This document shows, piece by piece, positions 40,718-54,600 of a stretch of 64,000 bases of DNA. The notes beneath the pieces are model-generated. The model ran no database searches. It was not told the origin of the DNA and worked only from the letters and a program-made list of their open reading frames with translations. This stretch comes from Eledone cirrhosa (Eukaryota), in contig OZ024742.1 in assembly GCA_964016885.1 (NCBI GenBank), positions 68,820,001 to 68,884,000 of the forward strand, in the 5' to 3' direction. The position numbers were made by a program, and so were the translations under genes. Positions within the stretch are counted from its first letter, which is position 1; each line of letters starts with the position of its first letter.

Positions 40718-41043
40718 TCATCATCATTTCATTTTACGTCCGCTTTTCCCTGCTTGCAAGGGTGGGACGGGAACTGATTCTGGGTTGATTTCTACAGCTG
40801 GATGCCCTTCCTAACACCAACCTCATTTACAGTGAGTGCTGGGTGCTTTTTTGCCGTGGCACCTCCACGACCACTTTGCAGTGGGATGATATGGACCCCA
40901 GTCCCTATCATCTCATTTCTACAGCTGAGTAAACTGGAGCAATGTGAAATAAAGTGTCTTGCTCAAGGAAACAACACATCACCCGGTCCGAGAATTAAAC
41001 TCACAACCTTTCGATTGCAAGGCCAATGCTCTAACTACTAAGC
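40718..41043 (-). mobile_element. Near full-length tRNA/CORE SINE with RTE-like (TGA)n tail
   Basis: Head TGGCTTAGTAGTTAGAGCATTGGCC..GAGTTTAATTCTC, core TCCTTGAGCAAGACACTT. The tail is shared with the RTE end at 1660-1720. Confidence 0.82.
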
Positions 41044-41712
41044 CAATCATCAGAAATAGGCTTGAGCCTATTTCTGATGATTGTACTTGTAATGTACCAT
41101 GGTAAATACAATAGGCTGTATGTTCTTTAATAATTGTAATCTTGTCCCAAAGGTAGAACAGTTAATAATTATTGGATTGGCAGAATCATTTGACCCTTAG
41201 ACAAAATGCTTTGTGATATTTAGCTACAGCTTTTTACATTCTGAATTCAAATCTTGTTGAGGTCAATTTTCTCTTTCATCATTCCATGGGTCAATGAAAT
41301 ATAGTGCCAGTCTAATACTGGGTTCAGCTTAATTGACTAACCCCTCAACTGAAGTTTCTGACTAAGTACCAATATTAGAAACATAGGTACTTGGCCTTAG
41401 TAAAAAGAAAGAAAATCTGAGTGCAACATTTGCAGTATTTAGTTTCATGGTGTTCTAGTTCAGATCCTTTTGTGTTCAACTTTCCCTTTCATCGTTTTTG
41501 GGGTTCTAAAAGAAGTATCAGGCCTGAACTGGAGGTTATTTCATCATATTTGATACCTTGAGCCAATGTTTATTTATTTTGCTGTATGAAATTAAGAGGG
41601 CAGGGAATGAAATTAACCTTTTAATATAAACCCACCTGAAACAGCCCCTGGTCAACTACTGTATCCACTTAGCCACTTTTCTATTTAACTATTTATATTT
41701 TTTGCCTTTCAG

Positions 41713-41772
41713 ATCCTCTGTAATGGTCCAGGAATCTGTATACCTGTTGCATTTGTTGCACTTATACTTAAG
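41713..41772 (+). CDS. ALG14: ALG14 coding exon 4
   Basis: TTTCAG acceptor. Encodes ILCNGPGICIPVAFVALILK. AG/GTGGGT donor. Confidence 0.95.
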
Positions 41773-42502
41773 GTGGGTTCCATTTATGTAAGACTAAGTT
41801 GATGTGTCATCAATTGTTTTTAATACTGTTTAGTCAGAGAGAGAAGGACAATGCCCCTTACCTGTTTTAGGGATTCTATGACTGATGTGAGGGAGAGATG
41901 AAGATGTCTTCAAACTGGAGAACTTTCTGAAATGATTGCAACTGAATGGAATCTGCCAAAGGCACTCAAGTGTCAGATAATTGTTGTAAATCAGGTGAAA
42001 GATCAAGTCTGTTCCCCAAGTAAGCCACAGAGGTATTTGAACTCAACACAAAGAGCCAGAACAAATATCACTTAGCATCTTATCTGACCTCTTGTATTTC
42101 TAATCCATTGCCCTGGATTAGTACTTTGTTTTATTGACTCTGAAAGGCAAACTTGATTTTGATGATATTTGAGCTCTGAATGCAGAGATCCACTGCAAAT
42201 ACTGCAAGACATTTTTTCTACACTGTAACGACTGTAAATTCACTGCCATATGACTGGAATGCCTTTGAATATAGGTCTATTTGATCAGCATTGACCTGGG
42301 GCTAAAGAACAACATTATCATCTACTTGTACTGCATTCTCCAATAATATTGCTATATACTATAAGAGTACTCCCCAGTCACTAAAGAGATATTCCAAAAA
42401 CCTGACCATACACTAGATGCTCACTCCCAACAATAACAAATTCTCTATATTGTTGATGTTAGATGTTGTTAAATGTAAATATTTCTGATTCTCTCTCTCC
42501 AG

Positions 42503-42673
42503 TATCTCTTCCTCATGGATGTCACTATTGTGTACGTGGAAAGTATCTGCCGTGTGAAAACTTTGTCTCTGTCAGCACAGCTGCTGTACCCATTCATTGA
42601 CCACCTCCTGGTACAGTGGCCACAGTTGAAGGATCGATATAGTGGCACTGAATTTCTTGGACAATTAGTCTAA
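42503..42673 (+). CDS. ALG14: ALG14 coding exon 5 (terminal)
   Basis: Encodes YLFLMDVTIVYVESICRVKTLSLSAQLLYPFIDHLLVQWPQLKDRYSGTEFLGQLV-stop, the characteristic ALG14 C-terminus. Confidence 0.97.
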   Translation, partial: YLFLMDVTIVYVESICRVKTLSLSAQLLYPFIDHLLVQWPQLKDRYSGTEFLGQLV

Positions 42674-43557
42674 TATGGTTCAATGGACTGTCTACCAACC
42701 AACACTACCATGACCAGCACCCCTATTTTTTTTTATTGAGTGTTATCTCAAACACCAGCTTGTGATAATTACCTCTCAGTTGATGGACCTGGCATATTCC
42801 AATAACTTATATATATACCTCAACTGTTGCAGTTGCTGTGCTCTCAACTGCTTCGCCATTCAGTAGAGCAACACTATGAAATACTCTGCCATACACTATA
42901 GGTGCACCTTTAATAATAGTGTTATATAACAGAACAACACTTCTGCTTTCAGTAACTTTGTTTGACACTAGAGGGATATTGCATCTAGCCACAATGGTGT
43001 ACACTGAATTTGTGCACTCCAAATAAAAAATCCATTCACTAGAACAGCATTCCTGACAAACATTGATATGCACTACAACCAATATTACTAACATAATGAA
43101 ATAATCTTGCAAAATCGTGCCCTTACACTACATGGGTACTTTCTCAAAATAATGGCATACAACAAAATTGTACTCAAATATTTCACACACACTAGATCTT
43201 TACTACAAACTCTACCATACACTTGAGCTGCACTCCAAACATTCCATTGACCCTTACTCAATTACACCTACCCTAGTAGAGTAATATCTTTAGGTTTTTA
43301 TATTTTCTCTCAAGTCTATTATGTAGATGTGTATATCTGTGTGCCTATATAGCATTTTCTAGAAATACATGCCTACACAGACACACACACACATATGTAC
43401 ATATCTTTGAATTATGTTTAGACAACAGAACGTGTGTATAAGATACAGGCATCCTGTCAAATTTATGACAGTATTTAATTATGGTCAGGTGCTTGAAAGC
43501 AGAGCCGTTATATGAAACAAAAACAAAGAACGCTTACATCATCAATTAATCTTTATT

Positions 43558-43604
43558 TGCTGACAGTGTTTTGTCCTTGCATAATTGCAGGACTCATCAG
43601 AGCA
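43558..43604 (-). ncRNA. Minimal type I hammerhead with a G12A core mutation
   Basis: TGCT-CTGATGA-GTCCTGCA ATTA TGCAAGGAC-AAAA-CACTG-TC-AGCA, followed by AATAAA. Confidence 0.72.
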
Positions 43605-43804
43605 TTATAAAGAGGTATTAGATCAATAGTATAAACTCTAGCGACCTATATCACAAGAATGATCCATGTGTAGCACAGAGGACTAAGAAGAGTGGGGTGC
43701 TTGGACGACGCGTCACTGCTAGAAGTTGATACATATAAGACCAAAATCAGTTACAATAATTAAAGATAAGGAAAAATATCTTTGAATACATTTATTATGT
43801 ATGT

Positions 43805-43840
<36 letters not shown>

Positions 43841-43994
43841 TAGTAATAAGTAGGTAAAAATATCCAAGGTATAGAGCAACTCAAGTCCGTAGAAGGAGTT
43901 TTTTTCATCAACACAGGTTAAACAAGTCGGTCCTCAGGGCTAATGAAACACATACCTGGTATGGCAGCGTTGTAGTAATTATTTATAATATATT

Positions 43995-44040
<46 letters not shown>

Positions 44041-44371
44041 CAGGGAAAAGCGGATGTAAAATGAAAAAATATAGAAATATAGAAAGGAGAGAATACACGA
44101 AAAGAATGTGTTTTCATTACAGGGATATATTACCAACACAGTGGTAATATACCCCTTGTAATGAAAACGCACTCTTTTTGTGTATTCTATTCTATTCTCT
44201 TCTCTCTATATTTTGAAGAGGCCCAGAAAAATTTCCTTGAGCTCATTAAATTACAGGGATTAACGCGAGTCCTTTACTCCGTTGCTTCATTGATATATAT
44301 ATATATTTGATTTTGGTATTTGTTTTGCAAAATTTGTTATCTGAAAACGTGTGTTGAAACAAAACAGATAT

Positions 44372-44590
44372 TATACTTTGGGAGGGTCATGTTGCCAATA
44401 AAAACACATGCACCAGTTGGTTTTCACTTCAATTTATTACACATTTCCAGTTGGTTGATTTAATAACCCTAATCCTAAAAAAACAACTATCTGGTTATTG
44501 AACTAACCAACTGGAAATATGTAATAATTTGAAGTGAAAACGATCAGGTGCATGTGTTTTTATTCACAGCATGACCCTCCCAAAGTATAA
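44372..44590. mobile_element. Fold-back MITE (~95-bp arms)
   Basis: TTATACTTTGGGAGGGTCATG ... CATGACCCTCCCAAAGTATAA, with central TAACCCTAATCCTA. Confidence 0.75.
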
Positions 44591-44595
44591 CAATA

Positions 44596-44631
<36 letters not shown>

Positions 44632-45257
44632 CACTTTCGATAAGCTTACAAAAGGACCAGTATTCACATAGAAAGCAATGCTTGATGTGCAATCACATGG
44701 AGTTACTGATTCACCGGCCAGCAGAGTATAGATATCAACTATCTTAACTAATGCAGTTACATACAATCATTTTGATCTTGTACGAAATATGTCTGGTTTA
44801 TTTCATTCTATTAACTATCAAATATAAAAGAAGGCAATTTTACAGATAACAGCCTCAGATAAAAAATATAAATAAACAGTACTGTTCATGAACAAAGAAA
44901 TGGAAAGGTAAAAATGTTATTAGATATAAAATGGCTTGGGGTAGAATGAGTATAGAAGAATGTGTTGTTTTCTATGGTCTCAGATATAGGTTAGCAATAT
45001 TTGTTATAACCACATTTAAACTTTCCATTTTTCTTACTTCTCCACAGTACTTTTTTAAATTTCACTTTGCTATCTTATGTTCTATGTAAGCTTGCCTTCG
45101 TTTACAGATGATAGTCCCACTGATGAAATGTTGATTCGTATACTCCAGTCATATCTGATCTGATGCAACATAGAAAGAATCGTATGTAACTGTATTAATA
45201 AAGTAATTGATACATATAATGTATAATATATGTGTTATATGTATATTTGTATATGGG

Positions 45258-45289
<32 letters not shown>

Positions 45290-46118
45290 CACACACACAT
45301 TTACCTATCAGATTGCTTGATATCTCACCATTGCTATGGGAGATCTTTGAATTCCTTTTCCGATTTTCCACTGACTGGCTTTATACGCACACAAACCACA
45401 CAGTTCTCCATGTATCTAATAAATATCCCAATTGCTGACAACTAAGGGAGAAGTGATTGTTTTTGCTTTTTTTATAGATCTATTTTAGATGTACATCTAC
45501 CTCACTAGGTATTTCTCTCTAGCATTAGTTATAGTACTATACACTGTCTAGTTAACCTTTTCTTAGTGTTTATGTACCTATCTATATATATATAGTTTTA
45601 GTTAACATACTGCAATTAATTAAATTTAAGGGATGACAACATTGAACAAATTACAATTTAATAATGTCTAATATTTTGTATAGTAATCGTTTATCTGAAA
45701 GGAAAACATGTAAAAAGAAAATAATTTTTTATGAGAAAAGAAATAAACAGGAAAGACAAAAGAAATGAAAAACAAATTCATTTGTTAAATAGCAAACATT
45801 TTGTGCTAGTCAACAAACAATTGTTTTTTTTCCTTTCTTCTTTCCATATTTCCCTTACACTCCTTTCAGACGAAGGATTAGCATTCAAAATGTTTAAGAG
45901 ATTTTTTATTCTCTCTTTTTAAGCATACTACTAATACCTAGTTATTGTAATTAGGTTTTCTCTATTGTTGTTCTTTGAATTTAGTTGACTTTTATTTTAT
46001 TAATCAATGTTTATATGGACACTCTTAATTTGATTTGAATTTTCACCTTGTATTTCTACCTTTAATTATTAGACATTTTTCATTACGATGTTTAGATATC
46101 TTGCCCTATTAGTGTACG

Positions 46119-46149
<31 letters not shown>

Positions 46150-46168
46150 CATCATCCCTGTTTTACGT

Positions 46169-46698
46169 CAACAGTTAGTTCACCATACCGAGAACAATTG
46201 TTTCACCTTAGCGGATCCTCAGCTTGTAATGGTCATGGTTATACGGAATAGGAAGGACAACCGTACGAACACGCATGCACAGAAACGGTCACTTCACCCA
46301 GGCAATACAAAACTGCGGGCAATCGCTATTGTGTAATCTCCTTAGAATATTTATCTGTTCATCAATACATAGTCCACAAGTCGATTGCCTAAACACAAGA
46401 AATGAAATCTTCACATGTTGTCCACATGTCTGGAAACACCTCTTACATAACTACAACAAAGCTCTGGATTGAATAACAACAACCTAATTTTCTTATCAAC
46501 TAGAACTACCTTTTGGACTTTCGCAGTTATTTCCCTTACACCTTTCGCCCACAGTTTTGTATTACCTGCGTGAAGTGACTGTTTCTGCACATGCGCATTC
46601 ATATGGTTGCTCTTCTTATTCCGTATAACCATGACCATTACGAGCTGAGGATCTGCTAAGGTGAAACAATTGTTCTCGGTATGGTGAACTAACTGTTG
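46169..46698. mobile_element. TIR element with ~155-bp inverted arms, superfamily unknown
   Basis: 46169-46322 pairs with about 46545-46698; the ORF track shows the same peptide on both strands. No TSD recognised. Confidence 0.8.
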
Positions 46699-48464
46699 TG
46701 TTACCACTTCTATATATATATATATTAATTAAAATTTCCTGATAAACTCTGTGGTTAGTTAACACTTTGCATAGTTATTGCTTCTATTGTTGAATACAGA
46801 AATATGTCAACAACTTAAATGTTTTCAGACCACAATTAACCACATCTAGCAAGATTTTGCAGATAATCTTAAAAGGGTGAAGTGTAAATTATATTATTAC
46901 CTTATCTCTGAAATAACCTACAGGTACTCCTTGTTCAGGTATTAAAATATTTTTGTTTCACCTGAATCAAATATATAGTTTTAATTTGTCTGGTTGAAGT
47001 TGTTAGCAAAGCTTACTTAGATTTGATTTAATAATTTAATTTACAAATTCCAATCTTCATATCTGAATCTATCAGAAGATGACATGTTACTGACTCAACT
47101 TAGGCAGTTTTGAGTCATAAAACCAATGTTAATGTGTTCATTGAAACAATGTCATAATTTTGTGTAAGAAGATTTTATTATGTTTCAAATTTAGTTTAAT
47201 GATGAATAATATTACTTTATTAAATCCCTCCAAATTCTTGATCATCCTGAAAATTAATTGAAACACACAGTGTGTTTCATTAGAAATATATTCATGAAAT
47301 GTTAAATATTGAAATTGTGTCACAAAACAACTTTAGATTAATTAGCTTTCCAGTATAAGAAAACATATACTTAGGGTTGCTCTGAAATAGTGGTTTCAGC
47401 TTCTGTAGAGGGAATCTACCAGTTCTGTTGTGATTTGTGATGGCTTGAGTGAATTTTGCAGTCTTTAATATGGTTTGGATTTGTCATAGAGAATAATTTA
47501 TATAAAGCTGAATTTCTTCTATAATGACTGGGATAAATTCATTCAGTCAGTTGACACTACCCTCTTGCAATGTTTTCTTCATATTCTGGCATAAAAATCT
47601 CTGTTTTAGGATTTATTTTCCAGGAATTCAAAGGCGTACTTTTCAATAGTTGGGCAGTACTTATAATATTGACTGAGATAAGATTGGACTTGCCATAAGA
47701 AATTCTTGTTTTTCAGATTTATTTGCCAGGAATCCAAAGACCTAGTCTTTAGTACCAGAGCACTACCAATGATATAATGACTAGGTTAAGATTGAACTTG
47801 TTTTATACAATTCTTGTTTTTTAAGATTTATTTGCAATGAAATAAAAAAAAACTTCAGTACTAATAAAATTAAAACTTTTCTTACAAAATGATTTGGGTA
47901 TGATTCTCATGTTTCTCAAATATATTTTGGTAAAGTTTGGAAGTATTATGAAGATAAGTAAAACTGAATTTGTCATGAAATGATTTACTAAATGAAAGAT
48001 TTGATATAGTAAACGTGAAAATAGATAATCAAATGAAAGACTGAAGTGTTTTGTTTGAAATATTAACCATTTCATCCTACTACAACACTGTGTACCATAT
48101 ATTTCTGCTATTTTGTTTTGTATCCTATTTACAAAGATCACCACTAATCTCCCCTTATTCTAGTGAAGCATATTGGATTGTCATGAATTTGGGCAAGACT
48201 GGGTTCATCAGTGAAATTTTTAAATCAAATTGCTTGAGGGCAGTGATTAAGCAGAGAAAATAGAGGACCAGATAAAACAACTTGTGATATTTAGTCGTGC
48301 ACTGTAGTAAATTTTATCTTTTATCTATATAGTTTTGATGAAATATGCACCATTCAAGAACTAGGTTATATATATATGTAAAAGATAAACAGAAATAACA
48401 ACACAATTGGTACAGTATATGGAAGGAATATATTAGGTTAACGCTTGAAATAGCAGGAAGAGGG

Positions 48465-48500
48465 TCTTAATGTTTCAGACACTAGTCCTTCATCAGAAGA
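48465..48500 (-). ncRNA. Minimal hammerhead motif
   Basis: TCTT-CTGATGA-AGGACTAGTGTCT-GAAA-CATT-AAGA. Relatives at about 10778 (truncated) and 45863-45900 (mutated). Confidence 0.6.
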
Positions 48501-48553
48501 AATAAGATAGATTGAAGGGACGGGCAGGGTGGAATTGGAAATACATATATATA

Positions 48554-49890
48554 CTGTTTGTTTCAGAATATAGGATGCACTCTAAACTTAACATGAATAT
48601 CCAGGAAAAATAAAATTAAGGGGAATTAACACTTAATGCTATCAACATTTTAATCACTTTCAAATCTTATGAAATCATGACTACTGTCATCCTCATTGAT
48701 TTCCTGGCTGTCACCCTCATCTAGTTCCTGAAATTCACCATCTTCCTCACATTACGCCAGGTCATTGCTGTTTACAGAATCACTTGTGTCTCTATCATTA
48801 AACAGAAAATCATCTTCGATGCCATCTAGGGCGCTGATGCCACACTTTTTGAAAGCTTTTATAACTATCTCGGTTTTCACAGCACCCCTCGAGTTTTTCA
48901 CCCACTGGGTTACCTGGGAAAATGTAGGCTTCTTCATACGTTCTGTTGGTGTCAGTTCATGTTGCGGGTCCTTCACCCAATTATCCCATTCCTCTCTCGT
49001 GTACCTTAAAAGGCTTGTTTAGTGAAACATCAAGGAAATGTAATTATGAAGTCAGTCAACCAGGTATGACAGCTATTTCAGTGTTTAAGTTCTTTACCCT
49101 CTTTACTGTATTCTCAGAAGTATATGCATGAAATTAGTCCCAAACAAAAAGTGATGGTCTTGTGAGTAAAGCACCATGATGCTGTGACCATACTTTATCT
49201 AGGCATAACTTAATGCCATTTTCGTCCATCCACCCCTTGAAGTGGACATGAAAAACAGCCTCTGATGGAAAAGTGTCTTTTAGAAGTGTTTTTCTTTTAA
49301 TTATTAGAAGTAGTGGCAGTTTCATACCATCTGCATAACAAGTCAATACTGTAGTGTCTTTTTTCATGACCAGTCGTTTACAGTTACTATTTTGGTACTT
49401 TTAACATCTACAGTCCTGTTCAAGGGAACATCAAATGTCAGTGGCAGCTCGTCCATATTTGCAGTATGACATAGTTCAATGTTTCTGCATTTTCTTGCTT
49501 GTATCACAAATCTGTGAAATTCCAATACCTTGTTTTCATGTTCTGGCATTTTTTGTGCTATCCTGGTTTTTGTACGCATAGCCAATTTGTTTTTTTTGTC
49601 TTCATGAAACGAAAACACCAGCTTGCATGGCCACTGAAATAATTATCACCTCTCTTAGCTGCCATAACTTTAGCCTGATAAATGATGGCTTTGATTGATA
49701 CAAATCAACCTTTGTTCCAGTTGCCAAGAAGACAGATTTTCAGTTCTTCCTCAAGTAGAGGCCATTTTTAATTATAAAATTTTTGCATACAGTAATTATC
49801 CCAAACCTGACCTTCGTCTTATAAGATGCAGAGTGATTTTGAGGGTAAAATTTTGGAAAAAAATTGTGTCCTATATTCCGAAAAATACGC
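48554..49890 (-). mobile_element. pogo/Tigger-type DNA transposon with decayed DDE transposase
   Basis: NMDELPLTFD, GMKLPLLLIIKRKT, KGWMDENG, LFVWD and IKAFKKCGIS. TIRs CTGTTTGTTTCAGAATATAGGATGCA and TGTGTCCTATATTCCGAAAAATACGC, with TA flanks. Confidence 0.88.
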
Positions 49891-49914
49891 TATATATATA
49901 TGTGTGTAAACCTG

Positions 49915-51720
49915 TTTTAAACTGTTCTTAAGTTCCACCAAGGACAACATTGTCAAGTCTATTATGAAGAGCTTCTTGCATTTCTAAACTTTGCTGTTTG
50001 GATACTTCTAAACGTTTTGGCACTTGTACTCTTGCTGCCTTCACTTTTCTGATAGATGACCTTCACCACTAAGACAGGTTTCAGAGAGTGTAGCTATATC
50101 AGTATTATACCTGCTTAATTCTCTGTCAACAGTAGCAGTTCTGAGTTCTGGATTTGAAGATTTTCTGTTAAGAAGTGTTTTAAAATTCCATGTAGCAACA
50201 TTCAATGTACTTCTATTCTTTTGAAAATTCTTCTGGAAATGACTATTCTTTTTTTTAACCTGCTGGTTTAAACAGGTGTCGGTCACGGGTAGCTGGCCGC
50301 TTTGATGGTGGAACAGACAATGTTTGGGTCACCTTTTCTAGACCTCTCCCAAGATCTGTGTGAGCAGTGTTCACTCTTGAAAGGACTCCTCAGTCATAAA
50401 AGACTCTGCCCAGTGCTGGGGTTGATGCACTCGGTCTTGAGACAAAGCACAGAGACTGGTTTAATGATATTGATGTTGCAATCATCATGCTCATTGATGA
50501 GAAGAGCAAGCTCTATGCAAAGTGCCTTGTTGCAGAGGGTCCAGTGAGGAATACTTTGGAGAAGGTCTTCAAAGAAGCAAAGTCAAAACTTCAATGTAGA
50601 ACTCAAATGATGAAGAACTGGTGGTCTGAAATTTCAGCAGAGATGCAGAGAGCTTATAACTGCAGGGACTTGAAGGCAAGGTTTTGACCAACAGCCCTCA
50701 AAAATAGCACCTTTTGAAGTTAAAAGATGGGAACATCCTCGACAGAACACTTTAACAATCTGTTTGATAACCCAGATGTAGTTGATAAGGAAATTATTAA
50801 TGGACTACCACAAAAGGAGACTGTGGCAGAGATAATAAATAATCCAACCAATGATGAGAAAAGGTCTACTATCAAAGAGATAAACATAGGGAAAGCTCCA
50901 GGTTTGTTTAGTTGATCTACTTTGGAGGAGACAATGTTATGACCATTCATGGGCTAGTTTTATTTGTATGGCATGTTGAGCCTGTCCTGCAAGACTGGAT
51001 TGATGCAATTTTACTGTCGATTTACAAGAACAAGGACCCAAAGTCTGAGTACAGTGATTATCATGGTATAAGTCTGCTTGAAGTAGTAGTAAAAGTCTTG
51101 CTATGGTCTTGTATTGTCTAATAAAATGGATATGCCATGGTGCCATCCTCGAGCCCTTCTGTGGATTCAGAGCTTGGCAGGGTACTATGGACAGAATTTT
51201 CGCCAGCTTATGGAGAAATGTGTTGAGCAGCAAGTGCCACAGTATCAAGTATTTGTAGAATTTACTAAGGCCTTAGATACTATTAATCATAGTGCATTGT
51301 GGTTCATATTGGGGAAACTTAGATGCTCTCCTGAATTTGTTGGAATATTAAAAAACTCCATCAAAATATGAAAGCAAAAGTGAATTTCAACAGGATACTT
51401 TCAGAGCCAATTTCAGTGGAAAACAGTTTTGAGCAAGGAGACATACCCACTCTTTTCTCCATCTACCTTGCCATGTTGCTGAAATATGCCTTCCAAGACT
51501 TCAAAATCACTGTATAATAGCGATTTAGAACCTCTGGCAAAGTCCTTAATTTAAAACGTTTTAACACCACATCCAAAACATTTGGCACTATTGTCAGGGA
51601 GTTCCTGTATGCTGATGATGCTTACTGATGACATGCAGTTGATATTGGGCACCTCCAATGCATGCAATGCATTTGGATTAAATATTAGCATAAAAAAGGC
51701 AAAGGCCATGTACACTTTAC
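49915..51720. mobile_element. RTE/BovB-like LINE with an inverted 5' segment
   Basis: 5'UTR, EN start (VATWNFKTL..IATLSET) and linker on the minus strand (about 49915-50435). Linker and RT (KHRDWF, GKAPG, RQLMEKC, YADD) on the plus strand from about 50436. Confidence 0.8.
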
Positions 51721-52353
51721 AGGGTGGATTGGGTGCTTTTTTGTCGTGTCGTCAACAGGACCACCTTACAGGGTAGACTGGGTGCTTTTTTGTTGTGTCA
51801 CCAGCATTAGCACTGTACATGGACTAAGGGGTTTTGTTGTGTCACCAGCATGACCACCTTCAGACAGGACCGGGAGCTTTTAATCATTTCAGCAGCATTG
51901 TAGCATATCCAGCTTTCTATGCTTGCATGCATGGGTTGGACAAGAGAAATGTTTCAGATGTAGAATGTGTGTGTGTGGTTGCATGTATGTAGAATGGGAA
52001 TTGGCAAGGTAAGTCTAAGGTGGGGTACTTAGCTCTTGAAGGGTGGAGTGTTAATATGGAGATGTGTGGAAGGGGAGGGGGGAGAAAAGTGGTGCATACC
52101 ACTAGAAATTCACTTCATCCTGTATACATGGGAAGGCAGGGCTTCTGCAGTACTTCATAACACCATATGTATATGTTTATATATATGTATATGTATGTGT
52201 GTATATATATGTATGTGTATATATGCATGTGTGTGTTTATATATATATGTATGTGTGTATTTATATATGTATGCGTGTGTGTGTATATGTATGCATATAT
52301 GTGTGTATATATGTGTATATATATATACACACATATATGCATATATATATATG

Positions 52354-52620
52354 TCAGGTCACCAGTTGGTGCTACTGGTAACATGTATCCCAGTACAACC
52401 TGGCTCATGGTCGGGTCATTGGTGACTAAACTGGCAACCCCACCAAGGTTTCTTGGTGAGGAGGGTCACTTTGGACGTCCTGCAGGACTAAAAACAAAAC
52501 CCGTCAAAGGGCAAAGGAGCTCTTAAGAGTCAATGGCCATCCAAAATCACCGGGAGAGATGACCCCTTAGCCTTTGTCAAGGCAGAATTCTAGGAGAAGG
52601 AAAACTCTGATATAACACCT
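52354..52620 (+). mobile_element. Isolated RTE-type 5'UTR
   Basis: GC-rich hairpins and TCTAGGAGAAGGAAAACTCTGAT, which I recall as typical of RTE leaders. Confidence 0.5.
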
Positions 52621-52659
52621 AATGGTATCCAATGATGTTGACTTGTTCTTCTTTTTGGT

Positions 52660-52958
52660 AAATATCATCTTGGTTAAGAGAGTGGGACTGACTTTATGCA
52701 CTGCCTTTGCTCACTATAAAAGCTTCACGACACAGGCATTGCTTTATATCTGGAGATCTCTTTGCACTTGTAATCACATGGTACCATGGGCCCAGCACTA
52801 TGTGTCAGTAATTGTCACAAGTGTAGTGTTTGTACTAGAGTTTTCAAGTCGCTGGCTGGACTGAAAAGTCACACTCGTTCAGCGCATCGGTAGGGGTTCT
52901 CCTACATGGATATAAAGTAGTGGCCGTACTCGAAAACGACTTGGCAGCCACCATGTAT

Positions 52959-52992
<34 letters not shown>

Positions 52993-53037
52993 GTATATGT
53001 ATATGTATGCATGTATATATATGTATGTATGTATATG

Positions 53038-53076
<39 letters not shown>

Positions 53077-53544
53077 GTATATATATATATATATGTATGT
53101 ATATGTATATATGTATGTATATGTATGTATATATATAGATATATGTATGTATAGATATATGTATGTATATATATGGATATATGTATGTATATGGATATAT
53201 GTATGTATATATATATGTATGTATATATGTATGTATATATATATGTATATATTTTGTTAAATATCATCTTGGTTAAGAGAGTGGGACTGGCTTTGTGCAG
53301 TGCCTTTGCTCACTATAAAAGCTTCACGGCACAGGCATTGCTTTGTATCTGGCGATCTCTCTGCACTTGTCGTCACATGGTACCAAGGGCCCAGCACTGT
53401 GTCAATAATTGTCACAAGTGTAGTGTTTGTAGTTTTCAAGTCGCTGGCTGGACTAAAAAGTCACACTCGTTCAGCGCATCGGTAGGGGTTCTCCTACATG
53501 GATATAAAGTAGTGGGCGTACTCGAAAACGAGTTGGCAGCCACC
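52660..53544 (-). mobile_element. Two ~290-bp direct repeats encoding a probable Penelope GIY-YIG C-terminal remnant, separated by microsatellite
   Basis: 52660-52952 closely matches 53258-53544. The peptide [23 protein letters not shown] resembles the R..EA..I..SLNRD tail. Confidence 0.55.
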
Positions 53545-53863
53545 ATATATATATATATATATGTCTTGAATCATCCGATGCTTTGAGGTGGTGGGATAAA
53601 CGTCAAGCTCTAGAGTATTCAGTTGACCATTGCAGCACATAGATCTGTTCCTTGACACCTGTGTCGATCTCAATAATTGATTTCAAGGTGATATATAGCC
53701 AGCCAATGCATCTCTGCATCTGAAGTCCATAGACCAGGGCCAGACAACGATGCCTAACAACATCAGAGATACGAGACAGGGATTCTTGCAGAGATTTGTT
53801 TGTTGGATGATGTCTCCAGTACATGTACACCGAGTGCAGCATTTTGGTGTATGTACCATTGAG

Positions 53864-53992
<129 letters not shown>

Positions 53993-54600
53993 CTATATAT
54001 ATATATATACTATATATTTATACAATATATATATATATTTCGTTATATATACAATATATATATACATTTCGTTCCGGCCACCCATCCATACAAATCTTCG
54101 AAGGTATCTTAGTTAGTTTTTATGACGTTATTATTGTTAATATTACTGCTGTTTTTCTGCTGTATTATTGATAAATTTTCGAAGGTATCTTAGTTCCTAT
54201 GACGTTATTATTGTTAATATTACTGCTGTTTTAACTTCGGATATTTACCATGCGGTATTCTAATTCTATCGTATCTCTCTCGGTTATTTACCATGCGACC
54301 CCCAGTGCCCAACTCACAATTTCCCTCCCGCCCACCCAGTAGTACCCAACTCACAATTTCCCTCCCACCCACTCAGTAGTGCCCTCACGCCACCATAGCC
54401 TATTCGACCAATCAAACCTCAGCATGCCATTTCCACGGCTGCTGCTACTACTACCTAACTAACTCTCTCCTCCTCTGGCGCAGCCCAACACACCCTGCCA
54501 TTATCCCACCACCACTGTTCTTCTAGCCCTCAATTTTCCCACCGTTATGGATGGATGAGCTGAGAATAAATTTGAGCAACTCTGAATCAATAGATGAAAT

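Noticed and set aside
46750-48300. Possible very old LINE remnant (also 14700-15060, 18200-18480 and 26060-26520)
   Set aside because: Only faint motif hints; cannot be assigned without a profile search.
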